Part shown: positions 35,214-43,091 of the stretch, piece after piece
How positions within the stretch are numbered: position 1 is the first letter of the stretch
Layout: each line of letters begins with the position of its first letter
From: Bacteroidales bacterium
GTDB taxonomy: Bacteria; Bacteroidota; Bacteroidia; Bacteroidales; 4484-276
Assembly (NCBI GenBank): GCA_012523265.1
Contig: JAAYIU010000162.1
Location: 1-57,255 of the forward strand
DNA: 57,255 nucleotides
Reading direction: 5' to 3'
The notes under the pieces: model-generated
Seen by the model: the letters and a program-made list of their open reading frames with translations, nothing else
Databases searched by the model: none
Told to the model about the DNA's origin: nothing
Position numbers and translations under genes: made by a program

Positions 35214-36274
35214 TGCGAAAGCCCTTGCAAGCGTACCGCAGGAATTTACTCCGCAAGCGCATCTTTTTGGTTGTGGGGGTAGTGTTGCTGCTGATATTAG
35301 CCACTGCCGGCGTCCTGTCAGGCACGGCCAATTTGGGCTTGACCCAGATTTTTGAAGTTATCCGTGGCGAAGGAGAGCCTATTGCACGACAGATCATCAC
35401 CAACATCCGTTTGCCGCGCGTTTTGTCGGCGGTGCTAGCGGGGATGATGCTGGCAGTAGCCGGAGCGGCCATGCAAAGTCTTTTGCGCAACCCGCTGGGT
35501 TCGCCCTTTACGCTGGGCATCTCCAATGCTGCTGCCTTTGGTGCCGCCACCGCCGTGGTGCTGCTTGGCGCGGGCACCACCCACAGCAACAGCACCGACG
35601 CCATCCTTATCGACAATCCTTATCTTATCACACTTTGTGCTTTTGCCGCCAGCCTCGTGGCAACACTCATCATCCTGACGGTGACGCGGCTGCGCAATGC
35701 CGGCCCCGAAACCATCATCCTCACAGGCATCATGTCAGGCTCGTTGTTTACTGCCGGAACCACGGCGCTTCAATTTGTGGCGGATGATGTACAAATTGCT
35801 GCCATCGTTTTCTGGACTTTCGGCGACCTGGGGCGTGCCGGCTGGCGCGAGTTCTGGGTGATGCTGGCGGTGGCCATTCCCACGCTTATTTATTTTATCT
35901 ACAACCGCTGGAACTACAACGCGCTGGATGCCGGCGACGAAACCGCCGTAAGCCTGGGCGTGCGCGTAAATGCAACCCGCACCGGCGGCATGATCGTAGC
36001 CTCACTTTCTACCGCCATCGCCGTGTCGTTTTTTGGCATCATTGCTTTTGTGGGGCTGGTAGTGCCGCACATCGTGAGGGCCATCACCGGCAGCGACGAG
36101 CGTTTTCTTATACCGGCTTCGGCACTCTACGGCGGCATTTTCCTGTTGTTTTCCGATACGCTTGCGCGAACAATCATGGCGCCTATGGTGCTGCCTGTGG
36201 GAATTCTCACTTCATTCATCGGCGCGCCGCTCTTTCTTTATTTGCTCATCAAACGCCGCAGGAGGATGCTATGA
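35213..36274 (+). CDS. ABC transporter permease, FecCD/BtuC family
   Basis: 353 aa with ~9-10 TM segments. Motifs RLPRVLSAVLAGMMLAVAGAAMQSLLRNPLGSPFTLGIS and VGILTSFIGAPLFLYLL. The start overlaps the upstream stop. Confidence 0.85.
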   Translation: MRKPLQAYRRNLLRKRIFLVVGVVLLLILATAGVLSGTANLGLTQIFEVIRGEGEPIARQIITNIRLPRVLSAVLAGMMLAVAGAAMQSLLRNPLGSPFTLGISNAAAFGAATAVVLLGAGTTHSNSTDAILIDNPYLITLCAFAASLVATLIILTVTRLRNAGPETIILTGIMSGSLFTAGTTALQFVADDVQIAAIVFWTFGDLGRAGWREFWVMLAVAIPTLIYFIYNRWNYNALDAGDETAVSLGVRVNATRTGGMIVASLSTAIAVSFFGIIAFVGLVVPHIVRAITGSDERFLIPASALYGGIFLLFSDTLARTIMAPMVLPVGILTSFIGAPLFLYLLIKRRRRML

Positions 36275-37041
36275 CGATGATACGAACGGAATCGCTTAGT
36301 TTTGCTTATCGCAATGATAAAGTCCTGCACGACATTTCGTTGGATTTTACGCCTGGAAAAATTACCGCGCTCTTAGGTCCCAACGGTTCAGGAAAAAGCA
36401 CTTTATTAAAATGCTGCGCAGGAATTTTAAAAGGTTATGATGGTAATATTTTTATCGATCAGCAGCCGCTTCACCGGCTTTCGCCACGACGCAGAGCCAG
36501 ATACATTGCTTATGTGCCGCAGCAGGAAATCCATACCTTTCCGGTGTCGGTACTCGATACCATTTTAATGGGACGGAAGCCTTACATCGGGTGGATGCCT
36601 TCGCGAAATGACTACGCGGTGGTGGAAACCATCATGCACCAACTGCACCTCGACGACATCGCCCACCGCCACCTGAACGAGCTAAGCGGCGGGCAACGCC
36701 AGCGTGTGATTATTGCGCGCGCTCTGGCGCAGCAGCCACAGGTTTTGCTGCTCGACGAGCCTACCGCTAACCTCGACCTGCGGCACCAGCTCGAAGTGAT
36801 GATGATCCTTCAAAAGATTGCGCAAGATGGAATCACCATCGTAATAGCTGTTCACGACCTGAATCTGGCTGCCGGCCACTGCCACCATTTTGTTATGCTG
36901 CATGAGGGACGATGCTTTGTGCGGGGAAATCACGAAATTTTTACACCCAAAAACATTCGCAAACTTTATGAAGTAGAAGTAAAAATAATAGATAATGGAA
37001 GCCAGCCATTTATCGTTCCTGCATCTTCGGTACCGGAATAA
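36271..37041 (+). CDS. ABC transporter ATP-binding protein (FepC/BtuD-like)
   Basis: GPNGSGKST (Walker A), LSGGQRQRVIIARAL (signature), LLLDEPTANLD (Walker B), AVHDLN (H-loop). It overlaps the permease gene by 4 nt. Confidence 0.9.
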   Translation: MTMIRTESLSFAYRNDKVLHDISLDFTPGKITALLGPNGSGKSTLLKCCAGILKGYDGNIFIDQQPLHRLSPRRRARYIAYVPQQEIHTFPVSVLDTILMGRKPYIGWMPSRNDYAVVETIMHQLHLDDIAHRHLNELSGGQRQRVIIARALAQQPQVLLLDEPTANLDLRHQLEVMMILQKIAQDGITIVIAVHDLNLAAGHCHHFVMLHEGRCFVRGNHEIFTPKNIRKLYEVEVKIIDNGSQPFIVPASSVPE

Positions 37042-37076
37042 TTTTTCATTTGAAATGGCGCTGAGATAGCCAAATG

Positions 37077-37146
37077 ATCACTAACCCCGGCATTTATGCC
37101 GGGGCTAAAAGACGAAAAAAACTCAGTGGGCTTTAGCCCAAATAAA
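37077..37146 (+). repeat. Two-hairpin REP-like element, copy 4
   Basis: ATCACTAACCCCGGCATTTATGCCGGGGCTAAAAGACGAAAAAAACTCAGTGGGCTTTAGCCCAAATAAA, 36 nt after the ABC ATPase stop. Confidence 0.85.
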
Positions 37147-37219
37147 TACGACATTACAGACAAAAGCTATAACAATTTAGGTTTTAATAAAATTAGCCAC
37201 TTTCTAAGACCCCCTCTAA

Positions 37220-37291
37220 CTCCCCTTAAGGGGGAGAATGCCCGCTGCTGTGGCATGTGCGGCTGGACTCCCTTCCCTTTCAGGGGAAGGG
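37220..37291. repeat. Hairpin repeat module (CTCCCCTTAAGGGGGAG + CCGCTGCTGTGG + CCCTTCCCTTTCAGGGGAAGGG)
   Basis: It shares the palindrome type and the CCGCTGCTGTGG box with 12144-12197 and 12467-12480. Confidence 0.6.
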
Positions 37292-37383
37292 TTGGGGATG
37301 GGGTCTGAATGATTTGGGAAATCACACAACCACTTAAATAATTACCAAATGCTAACTAATTTCAAAATAAAAATAATACGATT

Positions 37384-38508
37384 ATGAACCTGCAAATTCC
37401 CTACATCGGAAAAGTAAAAAGCCGCTTTGCCGAGCCTGCCAATCCCGGCATCATGCGGGAGGCACAAAGTGAAATTGAGATTTTTGAAAACTACGCCGAC
37501 GGATTATTTAAAATAGAGCTGTCGGATTACCTGGAGGTCTATTTTCATTTTGATAAAGCCGCTCCTTACGATCTTCAAACCTACACCTACACCGGCGATT
37601 ACAAAGGCGTTTTTGCCACGCGCAGCCCGCGCCGCCCGTCACAAATTGGAAGCACGCTGGTAAAATTGCTCGAACGCCAGGGCAACACTTTGGTGGTGCA
37701 AGGCCTCGATGCATTAGACGGCACGCCGGTGCTCGACATCAAGCCGATGCACATCCCGCTCACCGAAGAACAGATGGCCGATGCCGAAATCCACAGCCGG
37801 AAAAACAATCCGCGCAAGCAGGTTTTTTCGGATATTTGGGCCAACCGCACCGACCGCCTCATGCTGGACGCCGCCCGCATGCACGGCCACTTTTGCCCGG
37901 GTCTGGCCATGGGCGTGATGATGGCCACCCATGCCATGCAGCTCATGCGCAGCAACTCCGACGGACTCGAAGATTTGCTCGCCATCACAGAAACCAACAA
38001 CTGCATCTCCGACGGCATCCAATATGTAACGGGCTGCAGCTTTGGCAACAATGGATTAATTTTTAAAGATATTGGCAAAACAGCCTTCACCCTTGCCCGC
38101 CGCGATGGCAAAGGCTACCGCATTGCATCGCGCGCCGACGCCAAAGAATACATGCGTCAGGCTTCTCCCCTATTTAGCGAAAGCTACCAAAAAGTGGTTG
38201 CCGAAAACGACCGCAGCCAGGAGGAGGTGGTGAAATTTAAAATCACCGGTATCGAAAAAGCCTTTGCCACACTCACGCTTGATTTCGATAAACTTTTTAC
38301 TACCGAGGCAGTCACCGTGGAGATTCCGGCCTATGCGCCCGTGCACGAAAGCATCGTTTGTGATAGATGTGGTGAACCGATAATGGCTTCGCGCATCATT
38401 CATCAAAGCGAGCGCAGCTTGTGCATACCCTGCGCCGGACATCGCGGTGCCGAACTAACGGGTCACGGCATTTCTGCAGGAACCAATTCTAACCCCGTCA
38501 AAGAATGA
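37384..38508 (+). CDS. Fusion protein: TrmO/TsaA (YaeB, UPF0066)-like domain + FmdE-like domain + C-terminal zinc ribbon
   Basis: The N-terminal part is IGKVKSRFAEP..GVFATRSPRRPSQIGSTLVKLL..LDALDGTPVLDIKP (TsaA fold). The middle part is HGHFCPGLAMGVMMA..NNCISDGIQYVTGCSFGNN (FmdE). The end is CDRCGEPI..CIPC (4-Cys ribbon). Confidence 0.7.
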   Translation: MNLQIPYIGKVKSRFAEPANPGIMREAQSEIEIFENYADGLFKIELSDYLEVYFHFDKAAPYDLQTYTYTGDYKGVFATRSPRRPSQIGSTLVKLLERQGNTLVVQGLDALDGTPVLDIKPMHIPLTEEQMADAEIHSRKNNPRKQVFSDIWANRTDRLMLDAARMHGHFCPGLAMGVMMATHAMQLMRSNSDGLEDLLAITETNNCISDGIQYVTGCSFGNNGLIFKDIGKTAFTLARRDGKGYRIASRADAKEYMRQASPLFSESYQKVVAENDRSQEEVVKFKITGIEKAFATLTLDFDKLFTTEAVTVEIPAYAPVHESIVCDRCGEPIMASRIIHQSERSLCIPCAGHRGAELTGHGISAGTNSNPVKE

Positions 38509-39227
38509 TTCAATTTATCACAGGACTTACAGCGGCTGCGGCGCATGTGGTTTCCGGCCCCGATCATCTGGCAGCCGTCACGCCGCTGGCCATCGAAAGC
38601 CGCCGCAAAGCGTGGGGCATCGGCCTGGCCTGGGGAGCAGGACATACGCTTGGCATTTTGCTGATTGGCATCTTGTTTTTGTTGTTTAGAGATGTGATCC
38701 CTGTGGAACGCATCTCGGAGCACAGCGAGCTGCTGGTAGGCATTATTTTGATACTCATCGGCGCGTGGGCTATCAGCAAAGTTTTTATTAAAAGCAAAAA
38801 CCACCACCACCATCCGCACATGCACACCACCGAGGACGGGGCTTATATTCATCAGCACGATCATGACCACAACCAAAACACCGAACACGTTGCAGCAGAA
38901 GCCCACCGCCATCAACATGCGCGGCGTCACCGGCAAAACATCAAGGCATCGCTGGGAGTAGGAGTTTTCCACGGTCTGGCCGGCGTGTCGCATCTGCTGG
39001 CCATATTGCCTACGCTTGCTTTGCCCACCAAAATGGATGCAGCGCTGTATCTCATAGGCTTCGGCGTGGGTACGCTGGCAGCCATGATGCTGTTTGCGGC
39101 AATACTTGGATTTGTTTCAGGCAAAACTGCAATAGCAGGCAGAGCTGCAACCCACAATCTGCTTCGTATTGTGGGAGGGGCAGCAGCTATTATTATAGGG
39201 ATATGGTGGATTGTGATGGCGGTGTAA
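38505..39227 (+). CDS. UreH/HupE-like nickel/cobalt permease with His-rich cytoplasmic loop
   Basis: 6 predicted TM segments. The N-terminal AAAHVVSGPDHLAAVTPL is an H-x5-DH metal motif. The loop NHHHHPHMHTTEDGAYIHQHDHDHNQNTEHVAAEAHRHQHARRH has ~15 His. An ATGA overlap links it to the upstream gene. Confidence 0.6.
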   Translation: MIQFITGLTAAAAHVVSGPDHLAAVTPLAIESRRKAWGIGLAWGAGHTLGILLIGILFLLFRDVIPVERISEHSELLVGIILILIGAWAISKVFIKSKNHHHHPHMHTTEDGAYIHQHDHDHNQNTEHVAAEAHRHQHARRHRQNIKASLGVGVFHGLAGVSHLLAILPTLALPTKMDAALYLIGFGVGTLAAMMLFAAILGFVSGKTAIAGRAATHNLLRIVGGAAAIIIGIWWIVMAV

Positions 39228-39262
39228 TTTCTTTTTCTTTGTTTAATAATAAGGTAATGCGT

Positions 39263-39332
39263 GAACAGGCACAGCCTGTAAAAATAAAATGGACGAGACA
39301 CAGCCTCGTCCAAACACCGTCGGAGATGATGG
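39263..39332. repeat. Two-hairpin dispersed repeat (CAGGCACAGCCTG + GACGAGACACAGCCTCGTC..CAAACACCG), copy 1
   Basis: A related full copy lies at 42136-42202 and a half copy at 40625-40650 (an identical 16-mer, GAACAGGCACAGCCTG). Confidence 0.7.
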
Positions 39333-39497
39333 ATCGATAAACAACTTCTGCTTTATTCGGAACCAAACTATATATTTCTCACGCCATACTCATAGGAATT
39401 TGGTGGATTGTGCTGGCGGTGTAAACTCGAAATCCCAATATCAATTAGTTCTGATGCGGGTTCAGTAGAAAAAGTTAGCCCATCTCCTGAATTTTTT

Positions 39498-39505
39498 TAT
39501 TTTTG
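39498..39505 (+). promoter_or_regulatory. Candidate -7 promoter box (TATTTTTG)
   Basis: TAnnTTTG match 18 nt upstream of the 39523 start. Confidence 0.3.
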
Positions 39506-39522
39506 TAGAAAAAATAGATGCT

Positions 39523-40434
39523 ATGAAAATCAATTTTTTGCTTTCGAATCTGCCTTCGGGTCTTAATAAAAGTGCTCTCATCCTCAGCCTTGTTTTATTG
39601 TTCATTGTTTCAATTTTTTCTTGCGGGAAAGATACCATGGAACGGAATTCTGAAAATCAGTTTGGTTATACTCCACCAGATTATCCTGAAAAACCAGCAG
39701 GAAGATATTTGAAATCTATCTATTTAAATGATCTTGGAATGGGTACTGCAGGCACAAAAGTTGAGTTCGAATATGATGAAAAAAATTATGTACAATCCTA
39801 TCTGTTAAGGGCTTTTGATCACAACGACATAACAGGTTTCGTTTGGCTGGAATACGATATTAATGGAAATGCCAAAAAAATAAGGCTATTAACTCCTGAT
39901 AGTACTTTAAAACAATATGATAATATTGAATACGATTTGGAGGGTAGATTTACAAAGATATCAACCTATCAGAAGAGTGATGGGAATGAAAATTTTGAGC
40001 TGAGCTATTTCAGCGAGTTTATGTATCCATCAGTCGACACCATAGTTGAGTACCATTATATTCGCTATAATAATTTTGAAATGCCTCACAAATCATTGTT
40101 TTTACTCGATTCTTCAGGAAATGTATTTCGGAAAATGAACTTCAGGTTTGAAGAAAAATACCCTTATTCCGAAAGGGAAAATTATTTTACGAAGAGGCAG
40201 AGAATTAACGAACATCATGACCTGCCAAAATATTACCTTTCAATATATGGAATTAGTATGGAGATGGTTTTATCATCCAACACCTTAACCGGATTTCAGT
40301 CATTTACCTATGAACAAGATAGCATAAAAGTTCCTTTAGGTGAGCCAAGTATCATGCCTTTCGAGTATGATGAGAAGGGGTTTCCGATTTCTCAGGATGG
40401 TGTGTATTTTTTTTATTACACGGATTTCGAATAA
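39523..40434 (+). CDS. Lipoprotein with YD-like repeats, function unknown (visibly AT-rich gene)
   Basis: The signal peptide is LILSLVLLFIVSIFSCGKD. Repeated motifs are FEYDEKNY, LEYDINGN, IEYDLEGR and FEYDEKGF. Base composition is clearly more AT-rich than in neighbouring genes. Confidence 0.6.
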   Translation: MKINFLLSNLPSGLNKSALILSLVLLFIVSIFSCGKDTMERNSENQFGYTPPDYPEKPAGRYLKSIYLNDLGMGTAGTKVEFEYDEKNYVQSYLLRAFDHNDITGFVWLEYDINGNAKKIRLLTPDSTLKQYDNIEYDLEGRFTKISTYQKSDGNENFELSYFSEFMYPSVDTIVEYHYIRYNNFEMPHKSLFLLDSSGNVFRKMNFRFEEKYPYSERENYFTKRQRINEHHDLPKYYLSIYGISMEMVLSSNTLTGFQSFTYEQDSIKVPLGEPSIMPFEYDEKGFPISQDGVYFFYYTDFE

Positions 40435-40686
40435 TAATCCTGAATGTGGAAGTCTGACCAATCTGTTTTGAGCTGATAGTGTTTATTGAACTACACCATT
40501 CAGAAGCAACACGGTTAAAACAAAACCTCTAATGTTTTTCATCATCAAAGATTTTAGCATGTTTTAAAAAGTACTTAATATTTATCTAATCAGCTTCAAA
40601 ATTCATAAAAATCTTTTAATGATTGAACAGGCACAGCCTGCAGGAATAAACCGTTGCTTCGACAAGCTCTGCCACCGTTGCTTCGA

Positions 40687-40709
40687 CCAAAAACCTTTGA
40701 GGAAAAGGG
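40687..40709 (-). terminator. Possible terminator after the DUF2254 gene
   Basis: The minus strand reads CCTTT-TCCTC-AAAGG followed by TTTTT, a few nt after the stop at 40714. Confidence 0.4.
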
Positions 40710-40713
40710 TTTG

Positions 40714-42033
40714 TCAAACGTTGATTTTCAGAAAGCTTTCGTAGCGGGTCTTCAAATCGTTGAGATCGTTTTTTACGGTGATGCCTGATTCGCCGGTTTC
40801 CAAAACCATGGCGGCATGGCGCTGGATAGCGTCCTTCTGCTCGTCACTTCGGGCAAAGTTCATCAACGTGTCGAGCGATTCCATGAGTCGGATAAGTACC
40901 GACGGGCTTCTCTCGCCGTATTGGCGGATTTGATTAAAAGAGGCGTCGATGAGGCCGGCGAAGTTTAACGGATGAACCTCCACACGAGGCGCACCATCAT
41001 CGTCGCAGCGATATTTCTCCGGAAAATGAGCACGCGTCAGGTGCGCGAGTGTTGCGGTAAGGTTGTCGATACAGGTGATGGCTGTAAACGGGTCGTTGAT
41101 ACCGGGAGAAAGCGCCCGCGCCGCCACCTCTACCATCTGACGAATGGCAAACTCCACATCCTGCAGCGGCGTACGTTGCCCGCCAATGATGATGCTGCCG
41201 CGGATATGGTGCAACAATTTTTCATCCGTTTGCTTTCTTGCATGCACTTTGGCCAAAGGCTGCTGCTTCACCACAAAACCGCCTGGCCGGGTTAGTATCT
41301 TGATAAACAGGTCGTGCTCATGTGCCAGCTCCAGCAGCCTGTCATAATCTATCACCTGAAGGTAACCATCTTGATGCGATTTTACTACATCCGCTACAAT
41401 CAGTGCGTTTAGTGTTGCCTGCGCCCGCGAGGCCAGAAGCTGCGAATCCTGCTCTTTATCCTGATCAGGGAAAAGCTTTTCAATACTATCATTCAAATTT
41501 TTATAGCTTTCCGAAATCACAGTATCGGCTTGTATTCCTAAAGAAATATGATGGATGAAAATAATCAGCAGAAAAATATTGGCAACTGCCACAACAATGG
41601 CAAACAAAATCGACAAGTTGGGGATAAAATCCAGATCGTGGTCGGACTTCACGGTGCGCAACACAAGCAGACAATAAATAAAAGTAGCGATATAGGCTCC
41701 CAGCACGATTTGATTCAGGCGGTCGTGCATAAAGTTACGCAGCAGCCGCGGGCCAAACTGCGACGAAGCCAGCGTGAGGGCAACCAACGTAATGGAAAAC
41801 ACAGTGCCCGCCACCGCGAGCATGGCACCGGCAATCGTCGAAAGGATGCCTCGGGCTGCTTCAGCTCCGCCCGAAAACAAATAACCAAGTGCACCGGCGG
41901 GTTTAAAGTCGATAGTACTGTCGAGAAAAATTAGTCCTATTGCCGAACCGATCGCAGCAAGCACCAGCAGCAACGGCACAAACCAAAAGCTGGTTTGTAT
42001 AGTCTCCCATAAATAAATAAGCTTTGCTTTCAT
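40714..42033 (-). CDS. DUF2254-family membrane protein
   Basis: The N-terminal 4-TM region is WFVPLLLVLAAIG..STIAGAMLAVAGTVFSITLVALTLASSQFGPRLLRNFM, followed by a soluble C-terminal domain. The family is recalled from memory. Confidence 0.6.
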   Translation of the reverse strand: MKAKLIYLWETIQTSFWFVPLLLVLAAIGSAIGLIFLDSTIDFKPAGALGYLFSGGAEAARGILSTIAGAMLAVAGTVFSITLVALTLASSQFGPRLLRNFMHDRLNQIVLGAYIATFIYCLLVLRTVKSDHDLDFIPNLSILFAIVVAVANIFLLIIFIHHISLGIQADTVISESYKNLNDSIEKLFPDQDKEQDSQLLASRAQATLNALIVADVVKSHQDGYLQVIDYDRLLELAHEHDLFIKILTRPGGFVVKQQPLAKVHARKQTDEKLLHHIRGSIIIGGQRTPLQDVEFAIRQMVEVAARALSPGINDPFTAITCIDNLTATLAHLTRAHFPEKYRCDDDGAPRVEVHPLNFAGLIDASFNQIRQYGERSPSVLIRLMESLDTLMNFARSDEQKDAIQRHAAMVLETGESGITVKNDLNDLKTRYESFLKINV

Positions 42034-42135
42034 AATGTAAAAGGATTATTGATGGGGCTAAAATAGTGCTTTCTGCACAGATTTATTCTGAGTTTTAAAA
42101 TAGGAAGAACCGACATCAACATCAACTAAAAGAAT

Positions 42136-42202
42136 ACCGGCAAAACCTGTAAAATAAACCAGACGAGGCGCAGACTCGTCCAAACACCGCTGCGGATGGA
42201 AG
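42136..42202. repeat. Two-hairpin dispersed repeat, copy 3
   Basis: GGCAAAACCTGTAAAATAAACCAGACGAGGCGCAGACTCGTCCAAACACCGCTGCGGATGGAAG is ~80% identical by eye to 39263-39332. A CGAATATCGAA-type repeat fragment follows at 42235-42290. Confidence 0.65.
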
Positions 42203-42408
42203 ACCGACAAACTGCGCTTTCTTGGTTTATTACAAATGAAAATTTTGAATATCGAATATTGAATACTGAATCTTGAATATCGAATTAAAACCCCGTAAGG
42301 CGAGTAAAGCGGAAAGCCCGTCAGCCGCCCTAATGTCTTAAAAAGTAAAAACAGGGGCATGCGGTTTTTTTTAAGAAATCATCAACTTTTTCAACCGCAC
42401 TAAAAAAG

Positions 42409-42416
42409 TATTTTTG
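42409..42416 (+). promoter_or_regulatory. Candidate -7 promoter box (TATTTTTG)
   Basis: TAnnTTTG match 27 nt upstream of the 42443 start. Confidence 0.3.
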
Positions 42417-42442
42417 CGCCAGCATTTTAAAAAATTATAACT

Positions 42443-42865
42443 ATGAACTGGTTGTTGCCGGCAATACTTACGGCCATATTTTATGGCACCTACAATGTCT
42501 TTATCAAGCTCTCCTCCGGGCATATTCATCAGATAGCCGGGGCGCTGATCCTTCAGATTGTGGCAGCGCTGCTGGGGGCGGGAGTTTTGTTGTTTTTAAA
42601 AATAAAAGACGTTCCCCTCGAAGTTTCTACACGTGGCATCTGGTATGCCGTGCTGGCGGGAGTTTTCGTAGGCTTGGCCGAGATTTTTTCGTTTGTCGTT
42701 TTCGCCAAAGGCGTAGATGCTTCTGCCGGCATTGCAGTCATCATTGGCGGCTCGGTGGTGGTGGGAGCTGTAATCGGCTTTCTGTTTCTCAAAGAATCGA
42801 TGCCTCCTTTGCAACTGCTGGGATTAATATTCATTGTGGCCGGAGTAGCGCTGGTTTCACGTTAA
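42443..42865 (+). CDS. Small DMT-superfamily (single EamA-like domain) membrane transporter
   Basis: 140 aa with 4-5 TM segments and a Gly-rich C-terminal TM (LLGLIFIVAGVALVSR) typical of EamA/SMR-like half transporters. Confidence 0.55.
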   Translation: MNWLLPAILTAIFYGTYNVFIKLSSGHIHQIAGALILQIVAALLGAGVLLFLKIKDVPLEVSTRGIWYAVLAGVFVGLAEIFSFVVFAKGVDASAGIAVIIGGSVVVGAVIGFLFLKESMPPLQLLGLIFIVAGVALVSR

Positions 42866-43091
42866 AAAAAGAAAACCGATGTGCCGCACCCTAAACCAAT
42901 AGCACTTCTTTTTGTTACACGCAAAGATTTCTAGTTCGTTTTAGTCCTTTAAAGTTACAATTGGTAAAATATTTCAGTTGCAAAAAAAAGACAAATGCTG
43001 ATTAACAGATCGTTCAATTAAACTTTTTTATTTTGTATTAAAAAAATTCAACTTCTAACTTCTAATCTAATCTCTAACTTCTAATCTTTCC

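Noticed and set aside
42058-42360. 100-aa minus-strand ORF
   Set aside because: It is composed of dispersed-repeat sequence (the CGAATATCGAA fragment and the hairpin repeat). The region is better explained as the divergent promoter/repeat spacer between DUF2254 and the EamA-like gene.
43040-43090. CTTCTAA/TCTAA microsatellite upstream of the RND operon as a regulatory element
   Set aside because: It is short low-complexity sequence with no dyad symmetry, no second copy and no adjacent regulator gene. The evidence is insufficient.
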